Position numbers and translations under genes: made by a program. Positions 9,619-19,195 of a DNA stretch of 64,000 bases are shown piece by piece (position 1 is the stretch's first letter; every line of letters starts with the position of its first letter). The notes beneath the pieces were generated by a model that made no database searches, was not told the DNA's origin, and saw only the letters and a program-made list of their open reading frames with translations. The DNA is from Candidatus Saccharimonadota bacterium (GTDB taxonomy: Bacteria > Patescibacteriota > Saccharimonadia > Saccharimonadales > Saccharimonadaceae). The DNA lies in contig JAGQNA010000003.1 of the NCBI GenBank assembly GCA_020428315.1, forward strand, positions 155-64,154. Direction: 5' to 3'.

Positions 9619-10323
9619 ATGTTGAGTCAAGAAAAGGGAGATGTATATTTCCCCAATCACTTTATGGTCGAAAAACCAAAATCGAGACTTGTAAGGAAGC
9701 TTGCGAAATCTGCCTTGTCCCTTGCTTTGGTATTACAACTCAGTTTAAATGTCGGCACAAATCTAGATGAGACTGAGGGTGAATTCCGAGCAAGGACAGA
9801 TGTAACTGATTTGGAGCGAAAGGTTGCATCGGTTGCCGAAGGCATGACGGGACAGAAGGTTGCTATTGAGTGTGACAACAAAGAATTAAATGATGCACGA
9901 AATAGAACACTCTTAGGTTTCGTAAGCGTATTCACGTTAAAGTTGTATCCACTAGAAGAAATTGTGAAACCGATCACACATATACCAAATACAATAAGTT
10001 TGAAGAAGGGTATATGTGAGGATATCGTGGATCTGTCGCAGGAACTACCTAATCTTACTTCAATTTATTCAGACCCAGATTTAGATAGTGAGAATAAAAT
10101 GATCGACGCTACTCAAGGTATTTGGGTAGTATCTCACGAGCTAGAGCATACCGGGGGAGTAGTAAATGAGGCAACTGCTGATTGCAACACCTCTAAGAAG
10201 CTAGAAGGTCAAATCAAGAAAGGTTTTGACACTAGTAGCTTAGTGGCAAAGCAATTAGCAGAAGTAGCTGTCATGTTGCGAAGCCAGTTGGCGCCGAGTG
10301 AATATAAGTCACCTAAATGTTAA
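9619..10323 (+). CDS. Hypothetical membrane-anchored/secreted protein with HExxH zinc-metallopeptidase motif
   Basis: 234 aa; hydrophobic LAKSALSLALVLQLSL near N-terminus; VVSHELEHTGG contains HELEH. Confidence 0.5.
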   Translation: MLSQEKGDVYFPNHFMVEKPKSRLVRKLAKSALSLALVLQLSLNVGTNLDETEGEFRARTDVTDLERKVASVAEGMTGQKVAIECDNKELNDARNRTLLGFVSVFTLKLYPLEEIVKPITHIPNTISLKKGICEDIVDLSQELPNLTSIYSDPDLDSENKMIDATQGIWVVSHELEHTGGVVNEATADCNTSKKLEGQIKKGFDTSSLVAKQLAEVAVMLRSQLAPSEYKSPKC

Positions 10324-10816
10324 AAGGAAAATTTGTTTGGGTAATCATCAGCAAGGCTACAATCATATAGATGGTGAATCTAATTCACTTACTATATCGC
10401 AGCTAGCTAGTTTGTATAGCCATGTTGCTGATAAAGTAATCAGGAATGGTGATGTGGGAGGGTCTGAAGATGGTATTACTGCAACGATGCAGATAGATAA
10501 AGAATTTGCTAGGGAGATTATTTTTGCAAATGCCTCCGGAAGTATTGAGCAGTCTTTCATTGAGTATAATTCACCGCGACAAGTTGATGGCACAACAATC
10601 GGTGGATTAATTCTGACTGTAACTCTTCGTCAGGGCCACGAATCTACATTATCTAAACATTTTTGTATAGAAATCAAAGGAGAGTTAAGACAGTTTGACG
10701 GACTTTTTTTGCAGGAACACAACGGAGAACTAATAGAAATAAGAAGCCTATCTTGCAAAGACAAAGACGAATTACTGATACTAATTGACAAAATATCAAA
10801 CAATGATATTATATAA
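10298..10816 (+). CDS. Hypothetical protein (start probably TTG at 10334 after AGGA, which removes the overlap with the upstream gene)
   Basis: 172-aa ORF in track; no family recognised. Confidence 0.5.
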   Translation: MNISHLNVKRKICLGNHQQGYNHIDGESNSLTISQLASLYSHVADKVIRNGDVGGSEDGITATMQIDKEFAREIIFANASGSIEQSFIEYNSPRQVDGTTIGGLILTVTLRQGHESTLSKHFCIEIKGELRQFDGLFLQEHNGELIEIRSLSCKDKDELLILIDKISNNDII

Positions 10817-10818
10817 CA

Positions 10819-11469
10819 ATGAGTATCGAACGTACTGGCAATCCTGAGCTCCAAGCAATAGTTAATCAAATTAAAGAAACTACCAACAATCCAACGATAG
10901 ACATTTACGCAGACGGGACAGGCCCGCTCACTATAGATATGGTAGATAAGAAAGTGGTATTCACAAGTACGTTTGAGGATATTTGTAGTTTGTATGGCTG
11001 GCCAAATCGTATGGATGATGAGGATATTTCTCCCATTGAGGATTATGGGGATGCCTCAGGATTCATAGCTAAATTAATTGAACAGGATAACACCCAAGGA
11101 CTCGATAATTTAACAAAGTTCCTTTCAAGGGATCCTGTTCATAAATACGATGGAACGGATACACTGTGTGGGATTGACCCAGTCGTACACCGGGCACAGC
11201 TAGTTGCACCGGCTTTATTTAATAGTATCAGGGAATTGTATAGATACACCCAAAACTTACCCGATACTTCAGGGCAAGATATACTAAGTGGCGCATTACG
11301 GGATCCTGTAGCTAGCGAGCAAATATATAAAGCCTTTAAGATTCTTGGTAGATTAATTAAAGCTAGCGATAGTCAAATAATTGCTAAGAAAATTTCTCCA
11401 AATATGCATGAAGAAGTCAAACCAATAGCTAGTGCACAGAGCTATCTGGTCACTGGAGATTGCTGTTGA
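10819..11469 (+). CDS. Hypothetical cytoplasmic protein ending in GDCC
   Basis: 216-aa ORF, 2 nt after upstream stop; no family recognised. Confidence 0.55.
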   Translation: MSIERTGNPELQAIVNQIKETTNNPTIDIYADGTGPLTIDMVDKKVVFTSTFEDICSLYGWPNRMDDEDISPIEDYGDASGFIAKLIEQDNTQGLDNLTKFLSRDPVHKYDGTDTLCGIDPVVHRAQLVAPALFNSIRELYRYTQNLPDTSGQDILSGALRDPVASEQIYKAFKILGRLIKASDSQIIAKKISPNMHEEVKPIASAQSYLVTGDCC

Positions 11470-11471
11470 AC

Positions 11472-11500
11472 TTGATTAACATATCCTTCTCTGGTACAAT
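11472..11500 (+). promoter_or_regulatory. Promoter TTGATT-17-TGgTACAAT for rpsO (leaderless geometry)
   Basis: TTGATT 11472-11477; TACAAT 11495-11500; TTG 11507 / ATG 11510 follow 6-9 nt later. Confidence 0.6.
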
Positions 11501-11506
11501 ACATCA

Positions 11507-11776
11507 TTGATGATTACTAAAGAGGACAAATCACAGGCAATTGCTTTGACTCAGGTTTCAAAGGATGACGTTGGTAGCCCCCAGGCTCAAGTGTCTATCT
11601 TGACGGCTCGTATCAAAGAGGTGACAGAGCACCTAAAGCTGAACAAGCACGACCATATGGCTCGTCGCGGGCTGATTCAGATGGTAGGTAAGCGAAAGCG
11701 CCTTTTGAAGTATCTCGAACGTAAAGACTTTGAGGCCTACAAAGCCGTTGTCGCAAAACTAGGCCTCCGCAAATAG
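11507..11776 (+). CDS. rpsO: 30S ribosomal protein S15 (likely start ATG 11510)
   Basis: SPQAQVSILTARIKEVTEHLKLNKHDHMARRGLIQMVGKRKRLLKYL is canonical S15. Confidence 0.93.
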   Translation: MMITKEDKSQAIALTQVSKDDVGSPQAQVSILTARIKEVTEHLKLNKHDHMARRGLIQMVGKRKRLLKYLERKDFEAYKAVVAKLGLRK

Positions 11777-11790
11777 CGGAGGTTTTCGTT
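11764..11790. terminator. Intrinsic terminator between convergent rpsO and ORF 11790-12326
   Basis: CCTCCGC-AAATA-GCGGAGG hairpin followed by TTTTCGTTT. Confidence 0.7.
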
Positions 11791-12326
11791 TATTGCATTG
11801 GCGTTGGTGTTTGCGGAGTGGGGGCTATTGGTGGAGGAGTAGTGCCACCATCTACTAGCTGAACAGTCATTCTGCCGCTTGGATCTATAGCAACACCTTC
11901 AACGTCAGCGGTAGCCACTAAGACGTATTGGTGCTGTTGATTACCAAATTCATTTATAGCATCAACAACCGAAGCTACCTTGCCAAAGAACCCATCGCCA
12001 TGGTTACCTTCATTGACCGCCAGTGATAAATTGATGTCTCGAACTTCACCAGTATTAAGGTTGAAAACTTCGGTCTGATCAACACGAGCGATAGTACGTA
12101 CTCGTTCGTCATTTGTAACGTATGAGCTATTATTATAAGCACGGTTGTCTTCATCAATTTGATCCAACCTAATAGAGACTCCCTTTATAGTGGCCGAGTC
12201 ATTTTTGGCAATTACACGTACTGTTATTGCGTGAGGGATATTTTTTGAAATTAATGGCTGAGTATAAATTTCAACATCTACGCCACCTTGTGTAAAATTT
12301 TTTTTGATTGTATCTAAAATACCCAT
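11790..12326 (-). CDS. Spo0M-like (arrestin-fold-like) protein with Pro/Thr-rich C-terminal tail
   Basis: N-terminus MGILDTIKKNFTQGGVDVEI... parallels Spo0M-family N-termini; pattern-level call only. Confidence 0.45.
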   Translation of the reverse strand: MGILDTIKKNFTQGGVDVEIYTQPLISKNIPHAITVRVIAKNDSATIKGVSIRLDQIDEDNRAYNNSSYVTNDERVRTIARVDQTEVFNLNTGEVRDINLSLAVNEGNHGDGFFGKVASVVDAINEFGNQQHQYVLVATADVEGVAIDPSGRMTVQLVDGGTTPPPIAPTPQTPTPMQ

Positions 12327-12465
12327 TATATCTAGACTTTCTTTTTATTAAGCTATTAAGTTTATGGTACTACATATCATCACTTATGTTCAAGGAATGG
12401 TTTGGGGTGTACGGGCGGTGTGTGCTATTATTTAAACCAAAAGCAGTTATTATAGGAGTTTAGAT

Positions 12466-13731
12466 ATGGCAGATGTGGTCACAGAGGTTACTACAAAGGG
12501 TTATGGTAGGAGACTAGGTGGTTCTGTCGCTTCAGCGGCGCTTGGTTTTGTGCTATTTATTGGCTCTTTTGTGTTTTTGGGCTGGAATGAGGGTAATTTT
12601 GTCAAAGTAGCTCAGGGGCTGAAAGAGGCACGTACTTCATTAGTATAGCTAGATAACACCAAGGTTAGCTCTGAGAACGATGGTAAGCTGGTTTATGTTT
12701 CTGGCAAAACAACTACAGGAGAGGCGCCGCTGCTAGACCCGGTCTTCCAGATTAAGTCGAACGCACTGATGCTCGAACGTAAAGTTGAGATGTATCAGTG
12801 GGAGGAAGATGAAGATACTAAGACTCGCGAGACGGTCGGCGGCAGCGAAGAGACTACGACTACCTACACATACACAAAAGGCTGGTCGACTAAGGCTATA
12901 GACTCTGGGAAGTTTAATACTCCGAGCGGTCATGAGAATCCTAGTGAATTGCCTTATGAGCAGTCAAAGATTTTTGACGAAGAGGCGCGTTTGGGTGATT
13001 TTAAGCTAAGAGGGTCGACTATAGAATTGATCGGTGGAGCCACGACTGTACCTGTGGCAGAATTTGATACCAGTAAACTGCCAAACTCACATATATCAGG
13101 TGCGCACATCTATATCGGTGCCCAGCCAGCTAGCCCTATGGTCGGAGATGTGAGGATATCCTTCTCGGCCATACCGGCTGGTCTAGTTTCGGTTATCGCC
13201 CAACAGGACGGCGGAAAGCTAGTGCCGTACAAGTCAAAGTCGGGCTCAATTATAGAGCTTGCCTCAAGGGGTGAGAAGACGTCAGACGAGTTGATTACGG
13301 CGGCGGCTAATAAAAATACACAGCTTACTTGGCTATACCGGGCTGCCGGCTTCCTGGCGATGTGGATAGGCCTGACTATGATACTTGGGCCATTCTCTAT
13401 GCTCTTTGCGTTTATTCCATTCTTAAAGAGTGTGACAGGATTCTTGATTGGTGTAGCAACGCTACTTATCACGGTGATACTCAGCTCTTTGACTATTGCT
13501 GTGATGTGGCTATTTTATCGTCCGTTGATAGCTATTGGTATCATCGTGGGGGCTATCGGTGTGACGTGGCTTATCAAGGCGTTTATACTGGATAAAAAGA
13601 AGGGCACCCCAGCACCACTCCCTGCTCAGCCGCTAGCCCCGCCAGTCACACCTACGCAGCCAATGCCTCAGCCGCCATCACCACCTGTGCCACCAGCACA
13701 AGATCAGACTCAGCCACCATCGACTTCGTAG
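12466..13731 (+). pseudogene. TMEM43/DUF1625-like membrane protein interrupted by one in-frame TAG (12646-12648)
   Basis: Track ORFs 12466-12648 and 12769-13731 share a frame; the 40 codons between them are open (LDNTKVSSENDGKLVYVSGK...); NEGN after TM1, VEMYQWEE, YTYTKGW...GHENP and a C-terminal multi-TM block fit TMEM43 family. Confidence 0.6.
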
Positions 13732-13773
13732 TTTACTGAGTGGCTAGCACTAGCGGTTTCGTAGAAGCCTTAG

Positions 13774-13779
13774 TATAAT
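13774..13779 (+). promoter_or_regulatory. -10 box TATAAT, 7 nt upstream of ATG 13787
   Basis: tagTATAATtagcctaATG; no SD. Confidence 0.5.
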
Positions 13780-13786
13780 TAGCCTA

Positions 13787-14659
13787 ATGGCTTGGTCTAC
13801 TATTATGATACTACTGATTATTGCTAGTGGCTTAAAGGTGTTATTGGCGCGTAAGCTAGCTTTGAAAACAGATAAACTATTCTTTACTGTGGCACTTATT
13901 AGTCTTGCTACAGTAGCTTTGTTTGGTTTTATTTATGCAACCCTATATTTTGGCTATGTTCCAGCAATACCAAGTGGCCATGTATGGTGGTTTTTACTTG
14001 CCGAAGGCTTGATGATACCAATGTATTGGCTGGCGGAGTATAAGTTAATACAGCGACTAGGGGCAAGTAATGCAATAACAATCAATTCAACTAGTATATT
14101 TATGGCAGCACTAACAGGGATTATTTTTTTAAATGAATCAATTAGTTGGCGATTTGCACTGGCGACATTATTTTTTGTTTTAAGCATAGTCACTATACGT
14201 AATATCGCTCCAGATACTAAGACTGTAAAAGTTAAATTTGGTGTCGGTACCATATCATTAGTAATATTTATGGGATTAATGTTTGCTGGCGGTATATTTT
14301 TTGAAAAACTTGCAATTAATACCATAGGAGTATGGAACTACGCAGCTTATGGCTGGACAATGCAATTTCTAGGGGCTAGTATGTTGATGCTAATGTTTGG
14401 TAGGCGTGAAATTGGTCACGCTAGCCCAGTGCTCATTAGAAAGGTGGTTTTGTTAGGTTTTGTTACCTCAATTGCGGGTGGATTGTTTATTTACGGGCTA
14501 AGTATTGGCTCATTAAGCCACACTGTTATCGCTACGATAGGTAAAATAGCTTTTACGATATTACTCGCTGCAATCTTTTTGGGTGAGCGTAATGCTATGA
14601 AGCTGCGAATCACCAGCTTTATACTCGCTGCAATAGGTGTATATCTACTGGTCAGTTGA
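13787..14659 (+). CDS. EamA/DMT-family transporter (about 10 TM helices)
   Basis: 290-aa polytopic membrane protein with two-repeat DMT-like layout. Confidence 0.7.
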   Translation: MAWSTIMILLIIASGLKVLLARKLALKTDKLFFTVALISLATVALFGFIYATLYFGYVPAIPSGHVWWFLLAEGLMIPMYWLAEYKLIQRLGASNAITINSTSIFMAALTGIIFLNESISWRFALATLFFVLSIVTIRNIAPDTKTVKVKFGVGTISLVIFMGLMFAGGIFFEKLAINTIGVWNYAAYGWTMQFLGASMLMLMFGRREIGHASPVLIRKVVLLGFVTSIAGGLFIYGLSIGSLSHTVIATIGKIAFTILLAAIFLGERNAMKLRITSFILAAIGVYLLVS

Positions 14660-15316
14660 CATACAGGCTGCGACTGCAAAACGACCATCGGTTTGTCGAT
14701 TACCTTTTAAAAATTCACTATGTGAAAAATATTTTTCGCTTGTAGTTGTATCTTCCTGGCTGGCGGTTATGTTGCTGTTTTGAATCCCGACTTTCTGTAA
14801 CTGTGTAATAATAGTCTCGTGTATGCCACGATTATTAAAGTGGTGTAGTGGATAATTTTTTTGTCCAGCAGCTGGACTAAGCCAGGCGGTTATATTTTTT
14901 GGGTCACAATTAAATTGCTCAATCAAATATTCTACCGATTTTATGCCACTGTACTGCTCGATATTATGGCGTCCAAGATGACTCAGCATGAGCGTATTGT
15001 TGGTTGAGTCGTACAATATCAGTCCAGCACAATCAGCTAATGGTAAGAATAATACTAAATCTTTTTGCTGAGTAGCTATTCCGTCGGCAATCATACTTGA
15101 CTTACGAACTATTCCGTCGCCGCGTGAGCTTTGATCGACTGTTATGTATCTTGTAAAATCGCCTCCGCTATAGTTTAGATGAACCAGTACTGAATTGATT
15201 GGTTGTAAGCCATATTTTTGTAAAAAAGTAGTTCTTGACTTGAGTACGGTTTGCCATTGGCCATCGGTTGATTTCATCGACCCATCAGCTACAGAAGAGC
15301 ATACAATCTTAAGCAT
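14645..15316 (-). CDS. YfiH/PgeF (DUF152, LACC1-like) family protein
   Basis: LPLADCAGLILYD and MLSHLGRHN blocks resemble the ADC / HxGxxG core of YfiH; 3' end overlaps the convergent EamA gene by 15 nt. Confidence 0.6.
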   Translation of the reverse strand: MLKIVCSSVADGSMKSTDGQWQTVLKSRTTFLQKYGLQPINSVLVHLNYSGGDFTRYITVDQSSRGDGIVRKSSMIADGIATQQKDLVLFLPLADCAGLILYDSTNNTLMLSHLGRHNIEQYSGIKSVEYLIEQFNCDPKNITAWLSPAAGQKNYPLHHFNNRGIHETIITQLQKVGIQNSNITASQEDTTTSEKYFSHSEFLKGNRQTDGRFAVAACMSTDQ

Positions 15317-15863
15317 CGGTCTTAACTTGCATGATTCTATCGTCCCAGCGGAAGGCCTCGTGTCTAAGATCAGCGTAGTCCATACCCATACCGATTAACC
15401 AGTTGTCTGGTACCTCAAAACCAACATAATCGGCAGATACATTATAGTCTCGTGTCGTTTGCTTGTCGCATAGAACAGCTAGTTCAATTGCTTTAGCCCC
15501 TAGTCCCTGTATATGATTGATTACAAAATTGGCGGTAATACCTTTGTCGAGTACGTCATCTAGTACTATTACCGGCCTATCCCGAACAATTGTACCTGGT
15601 GCGATATCAGTGATAATCTTTGGTTCGTGTGCTTGCTGTTCTGAACCATAAGTGCTTACCATCATGTAATCAAGCTCGGGGTGGTAATCTGGATCTTTAC
15701 TGGTAATTTCTAGCATCAGCTTACTGGCGAATGGTGCTGCGCCGCGCAGTAGTGCTACGAATAGAGGGGAAGTATTATGTTTTTTAAGTATTTCATTGGC
15801 GATTCTGTGTATGGCTGAGTTAACTTGCTCTCTTGAGGCAACTTCACTATATCTTTCTATCAT
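15309..15863 (-). CDS. hpt: Hypoxanthine(-guanine) phosphoribosyltransferase
   Basis: PRPP-binding motif VIVLDDVLDKGIT; length and layout typical of Hpt. Confidence 0.9.
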   Translation of the reverse strand: MIERYSEVASREQVNSAIHRIANEILKKHNTSPLFVALLRGAAPFASKLMLEITSKDPDYHPELDYMMVSTYGSEQQAHEPKIITDIAPGTIVRDRPVIVLDDVLDKGITANFVINHIQGLGAKAIELAVLCDKQTTRDYNVSADYVGFEVPDNWLIGMGMDYADLRHEAFRWDDRIMQVKTDA

Positions 15864-15869
15864 GTCTAT

Positions 15870-15878
15870 ATTTTAGCA
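15870..15878 (-). promoter_or_regulatory. Extended -10 TGcTAAAAT (minus strand), 6 nt upstream of hpt ATG
   Basis: Minus strand reads TGCTAAAATatagacATG; no SD. Confidence 0.55.
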
Positions 15879-15942
15879 CGAGGCAGGGTAGGTAATTGAG
15901 GATCTGGTATATAAGAGAGAAAGATAAAATACTTCGGAGCTA

Positions 15943-15971
15943 TTGACAAAGTTAATTGTTTATGCTAAGAT
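15943..15971 (+). promoter_or_regulatory. Promoter TTGACA-17-TGcTAAGAT for ORF 16011 (leadered)
   Basis: TTGACA 15943-15948; TAAGAT 15966-15971; AAAGGAAAA SD before ATG 16011. Confidence 0.6.
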
Positions 15972-16010
15972 GTAGATATAACAAAATAATTAATACAAAA
16001 AGGAAAAAAT

Positions 16011-16982
16011 ATGCCAAATATAAGAGGATCAGACCCGGATTCAGCATATACATACATTTTGACTAATACCGTACACGATACTTATTCTAACCCTGGTAAT
16101 ATTCCATATAAAAAGCCACAAAAGCCACAGGGTTCAAGATCGGTAGCCCCGACAGGGTTTAATAAAAACCTAACCCAAAGTAAAGGTACATCTAGCGCAA
16201 CATCACATCATGGTGGTATGCCCAGTGGATCATCTAATAGTCAGACCGTACTTACCATACAGCATACTCCTGCAGGTCCATCTACTTACCAGCGAGCAAA
16301 GAAAAGTGTTCATAAGTATATGGATCAGGTCAACAACCGCCAAGATAGATTACAGAACTTAAACAACAGAGAAAAAAATCTCCAAAGTGCAATTGCTACA
16401 ACAACCGATACTACCCAGCTACAAGCACTAAAAACCCAACTTAAAACTGTTCAAGCCAAAGAGGATAAGGTTGAAAAGAGACTAGGGCAGGCACAGAGCA
16501 ATTTGCGTAGAATTGAAAAGAATCATCCAGGTGCGTTTGCAAGTCTATCTGCTAAAGACCGTGCTGAAATCTATCAGACAAGGGTCAACAACCGTCAAGC
16601 TCGACTAGCTAAATTAGACGATAGAGAAAAAAATCTCCAAAGTGCAATTGCTACAACAACCGATGCTACCCAGCTACAAACACTAAAAACTCAACTTAAA
16701 ACTGTTCAAGCCAAAGAGGATAAGGTTGAAAAGAGACTAGGGCGAGCTCAGAGAAATTTGCGTAGAGTTCAGGGTAATAATCCGGCTCTAATCCCAAACT
16801 CTACTCAGCAGTCTGCCAATAGTAGGCATAATGCTCCAGGTAAAAAACAGATGGGTGGGGCTGTCCGCGGTAATAACCAGAATGATTCACTTCCAACTGG
16901 TAAAGTAAAGATGGCAGCCATGAACGCTGGTGGTAACCGTAACCATGGCAACCCAGCTGGCGGTAGGCGACGAGGACGTTAA
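16011..16982 (+). CDS. Hypothetical disordered/coiled-coil protein with an internal 85-aa tandem duplication and Gly/Arg-rich C-terminus
   Basis: VNNRQ.RL..L..REKNLQSAIATTTD.TQLQ.LKTQLKTVQAKEDKVEKRLG.AQ.NLRR occurs twice. Confidence 0.6.
   Translation: MPNIRGSDPDSAYTYILTNTVHDTYSNPGNIPYKKPQKPQGSRSVAPTGFNKNLTQSKGTSSATSHHGGMPSGSSNSQTVLTIQHTPAGPSTYQRAKKSVHKYMDQVNNRQDRLQNLNNREKNLQSAIATTTDTTQLQALKTQLKTVQAKEDKVEKRLGQAQSNLRRIEKNHPGAFASLSAKDRAEIYQTRVNNRQARLAKLDDREKNLQSAIATTTDATQLQTLKTQLKTVQAKEDKVEKRLGRAQRNLRRVQGNNPALIPNSTQQSANSRHNAPGKKQMGGAVRGNNQNDSLPTGKVKMAAMNAGGNRNHGNPAGGRRRGR
16329..16785 (+). repeat. Tandem direct repeat, period 255 bp (copies about 16329-16530 and 16584-16785; near-identical core 16368-16488 / 16623-16743)
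   Basis: 42-nt block agagaaaaaaatctccaaagtgcaattgctacaacaaccgat is identical in both copies; the surrounding ~120 nt differ at only a few positions. Confidence 0.85.
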
Positions 16983-17002
16983 TTTCTAGCTAGCGTGTGA
17001 TT

Positions 17003-17030
17003 AAATAATACTCCGTAAGGAGTATTATTT
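17003..17030. terminator. Bidirectional intrinsic terminator between convergent genes
   Basis: Perfect 12-bp stem AAATAATACTCC-GTAA-GGAGTATTATTT; A/T runs on both sides. Confidence 0.75.
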
Positions 17031-19155
17031 AATGTAGACGAATGATTACCTCGTCATCATTTGACACACTATTGGTAGATTCTGTAGCAGTATTAGTATC
17101 TTCTGGAGTGATTTGTTGAATCGATTGGGATGCCTCGTTTAGACCAATGTGTTGTTCAATAACATCGGGGAGTAGATAGTTTTGGTCATCGGCAATCTCA
17201 GATTCTACCTGTTCTTCGGCTATTCCCTCAAGCAACTCAAGATAATAGTCTAAGCCACCAAGTTCATTTACATTTGTAAGGGTACCGTTGTCGAGAACGT
17301 ATATAGTGTCCATAAGTGCCAACAGTGATCGACGATGAGTTACCATGAGTACTGTTTTATCTTGAACAATTTCTACTAAGGAATCTCGTACGTAATTTTC
17401 GCTCTTAGCATCGAGAGCTGCGGTTGGTTCATCGAGGCATAGAATCGGGGAGTTTTTTATTAGTGCACGTGCTATTGAAACTCGCTGGCGTTGACCTCCA
17501 CTTAGGGAAGATCCGTTTTCGCCTACGGGAGTGTTTATACCGAGTGGCATTTTTATTGCGAATTCTGAAACATTTGCTACGTCAATTGCGTATCGAAGCT
17601 CATCGGTAGAGACTTGCCGGTAGATGTCGCCATCATATAGATTGTCGGCAATACTTCCTGCAAACAACTGAGGTGTTTGACCTACCCAGCCAATTTTACG
17701 TCGTAAATCTTGTAGTGAAACAGACTGAATATTGTAATCATCGATAGAGATACTACCAGAGGTAGGCTCGATAAATAGCGGAAGTAACTTTAAGATAGTA
17801 CTTTTACCACTACCGCTCGGGCCAATAATTGCAACTTTCTCGCCTGATCGGATTTGTAGGTTGAGGTTATCAAAAATAGCCTGACCGTCGTATGAATAGC
17901 TTACATTTTGAAAAGTTATTGCACCATTCATGATTTGTGGCAATCGGTTGCCGGCACGGAGATTCTCGATACCCTCGTGATCACTCATTACTTCGTAGAT
18001 ACGGTTAACATCGATCTTTTTCTGGTATCGACTAGTAATTTGATCCACTAGCGACTCGACAGGCCCTAATAGGTAACCCATGTAGGTCATAAAAATAAAT
18101 AATTCACCAAATGTCATCTGTCCTTGCATTGCGGCTGTACCACCAAAGTACATAACGATTGAGGTTGCAACTATAACCAGCAGAGAGTTCGAATGATCTA
18201 GAAGATTACCCCAGTTCATACTTTTACGAGATGCCACGTAGCTTTTATCCCACAGATTATTTACGGAATAAAGTTGCTTTTCTTCTAGGGTAAAGGTTTG
18301 AATAGTCTCTGCGTTATCTATCGATTCGCTGATAACGCTAGAAGTCTCACTATTTAGTTCAGTAAGTTCTTGCGCATACTTGCCAAGATGTGGTCCAATC
18401 AGTTTCATGGTCAGATATAGCAGCGGCATCAGAACGACAGAAACTAGAGTCAAGATAGGATTAAAAATAAGCATAATTGTTAGTACGCCTATAATCATAA
18501 TTATCGATGAAATTATTGATGAGGTAGTATCTAATACTAGATCAGATAGGCTATTTGTGACTGTATTCTGACGATAGATATAGTCACCTTTAGCTAGTCG
18601 TTCTTGGTGGTAGAGGGGTAGGTGTAGAATGTGCTTGAAGGATTCTCCTTTTATGCGCTTATTTAAGTTAAAGCCAATTTTTAAAAGGAAAAACTCGCAT
18701 ATCCAGCTAAATGCTGCACCTAAAATAAAAATTGCAATCGACATCAATGCGGTAAATGCAATAAGCGTAGGCGAGCCGGTAAATGGTGCGAGCGGCCCCG
18801 GCGCAGTAATATCGCCAAATGCTGAATCGGCCATAATTTTAAAGGGCCAAGGTTCGAGCAGCGAAAATCCTGCTTGAATACTAGATACGATAACTACAAA
18901 AACTACAGCACCCCAGGCACGTTTTTGATACTTACCAAGCCATGTTTTAAAGTCAGTCTTTTTTAAACGTGTGTCATGACGGCTCGTCCATTCGTAGACG
19001 GCCGGATTAACCAAACTAGCCGGCCATCCCACACCAGTCAAAACGCTTGCAAGCATGTTGTCGGGTACACCACTCGAACTTGCCATTTCAACTGCTTGCT
19101 TAAGTCTCTCTTTAACAACTTCTTGTTTACTCAATCCTTGTTCCACCGTTTTCAT
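17029..19155 (-). CDS. ABC exporter, fused permease/ATPase (type I, MsbA-like) with N- and C-terminal extensions
   Basis: Six-TM domain then Walker A GPSGSGKST, signature LSGGQRQR, Walker B ILCLDEPT. Confidence 0.9.
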   Translation of the reverse strand: MKTVEQGLSKQEVVKERLKQAVEMASSSGVPDNMLASVLTGVGWPASLVNPAVYEWTSRHDTRLKKTDFKTWLGKYQKRAWGAVVFVVIVSSIQAGFSLLEPWPFKIMADSAFGDITAPGPLAPFTGSPTLIAFTALMSIAIFILGAAFSWICEFFLLKIGFNLNKRIKGESFKHILHLPLYHQERLAKGDYIYRQNTVTNSLSDLVLDTTSSIISSIIMIIGVLTIMLIFNPILTLVSVVLMPLLYLTMKLIGPHLGKYAQELTELNSETSSVISESIDNAETIQTFTLEEKQLYSVNNLWDKSYVASRKSMNWGNLLDHSNSLLVIVATSIVMYFGGTAAMQGQMTFGELFIFMTYMGYLLGPVESLVDQITSRYQKKIDVNRIYEVMSDHEGIENLRAGNRLPQIMNGAITFQNVSYSYDGQAIFDNLNLQIRSGEKVAIIGPSGSGKSTILKLLPLFIEPTSGSISIDDYNIQSVSLQDLRRKIGWVGQTPQLFAGSIADNLYDGDIYRQVSTDELRYAIDVANVSEFAIKMPLGINTPVGENGSSLSGGQRQRVSIARALIKNSPILCLDEPTAALDAKSENYVRDSLVEIVQDKTVLMVTHRRSLLALMDTIYVLDNGTLTNVNELGGLDYYLELLEGIAEEQVESEIADDQNYLLPDVIEQHIGLNEASQSIQQITPEDTNTATESTNSVSNDDEVIIRLH

Positions 19156-19195
19156 TATACAGCAGTAGGGGGGGTAACTTCAGACGTTAACGTAT

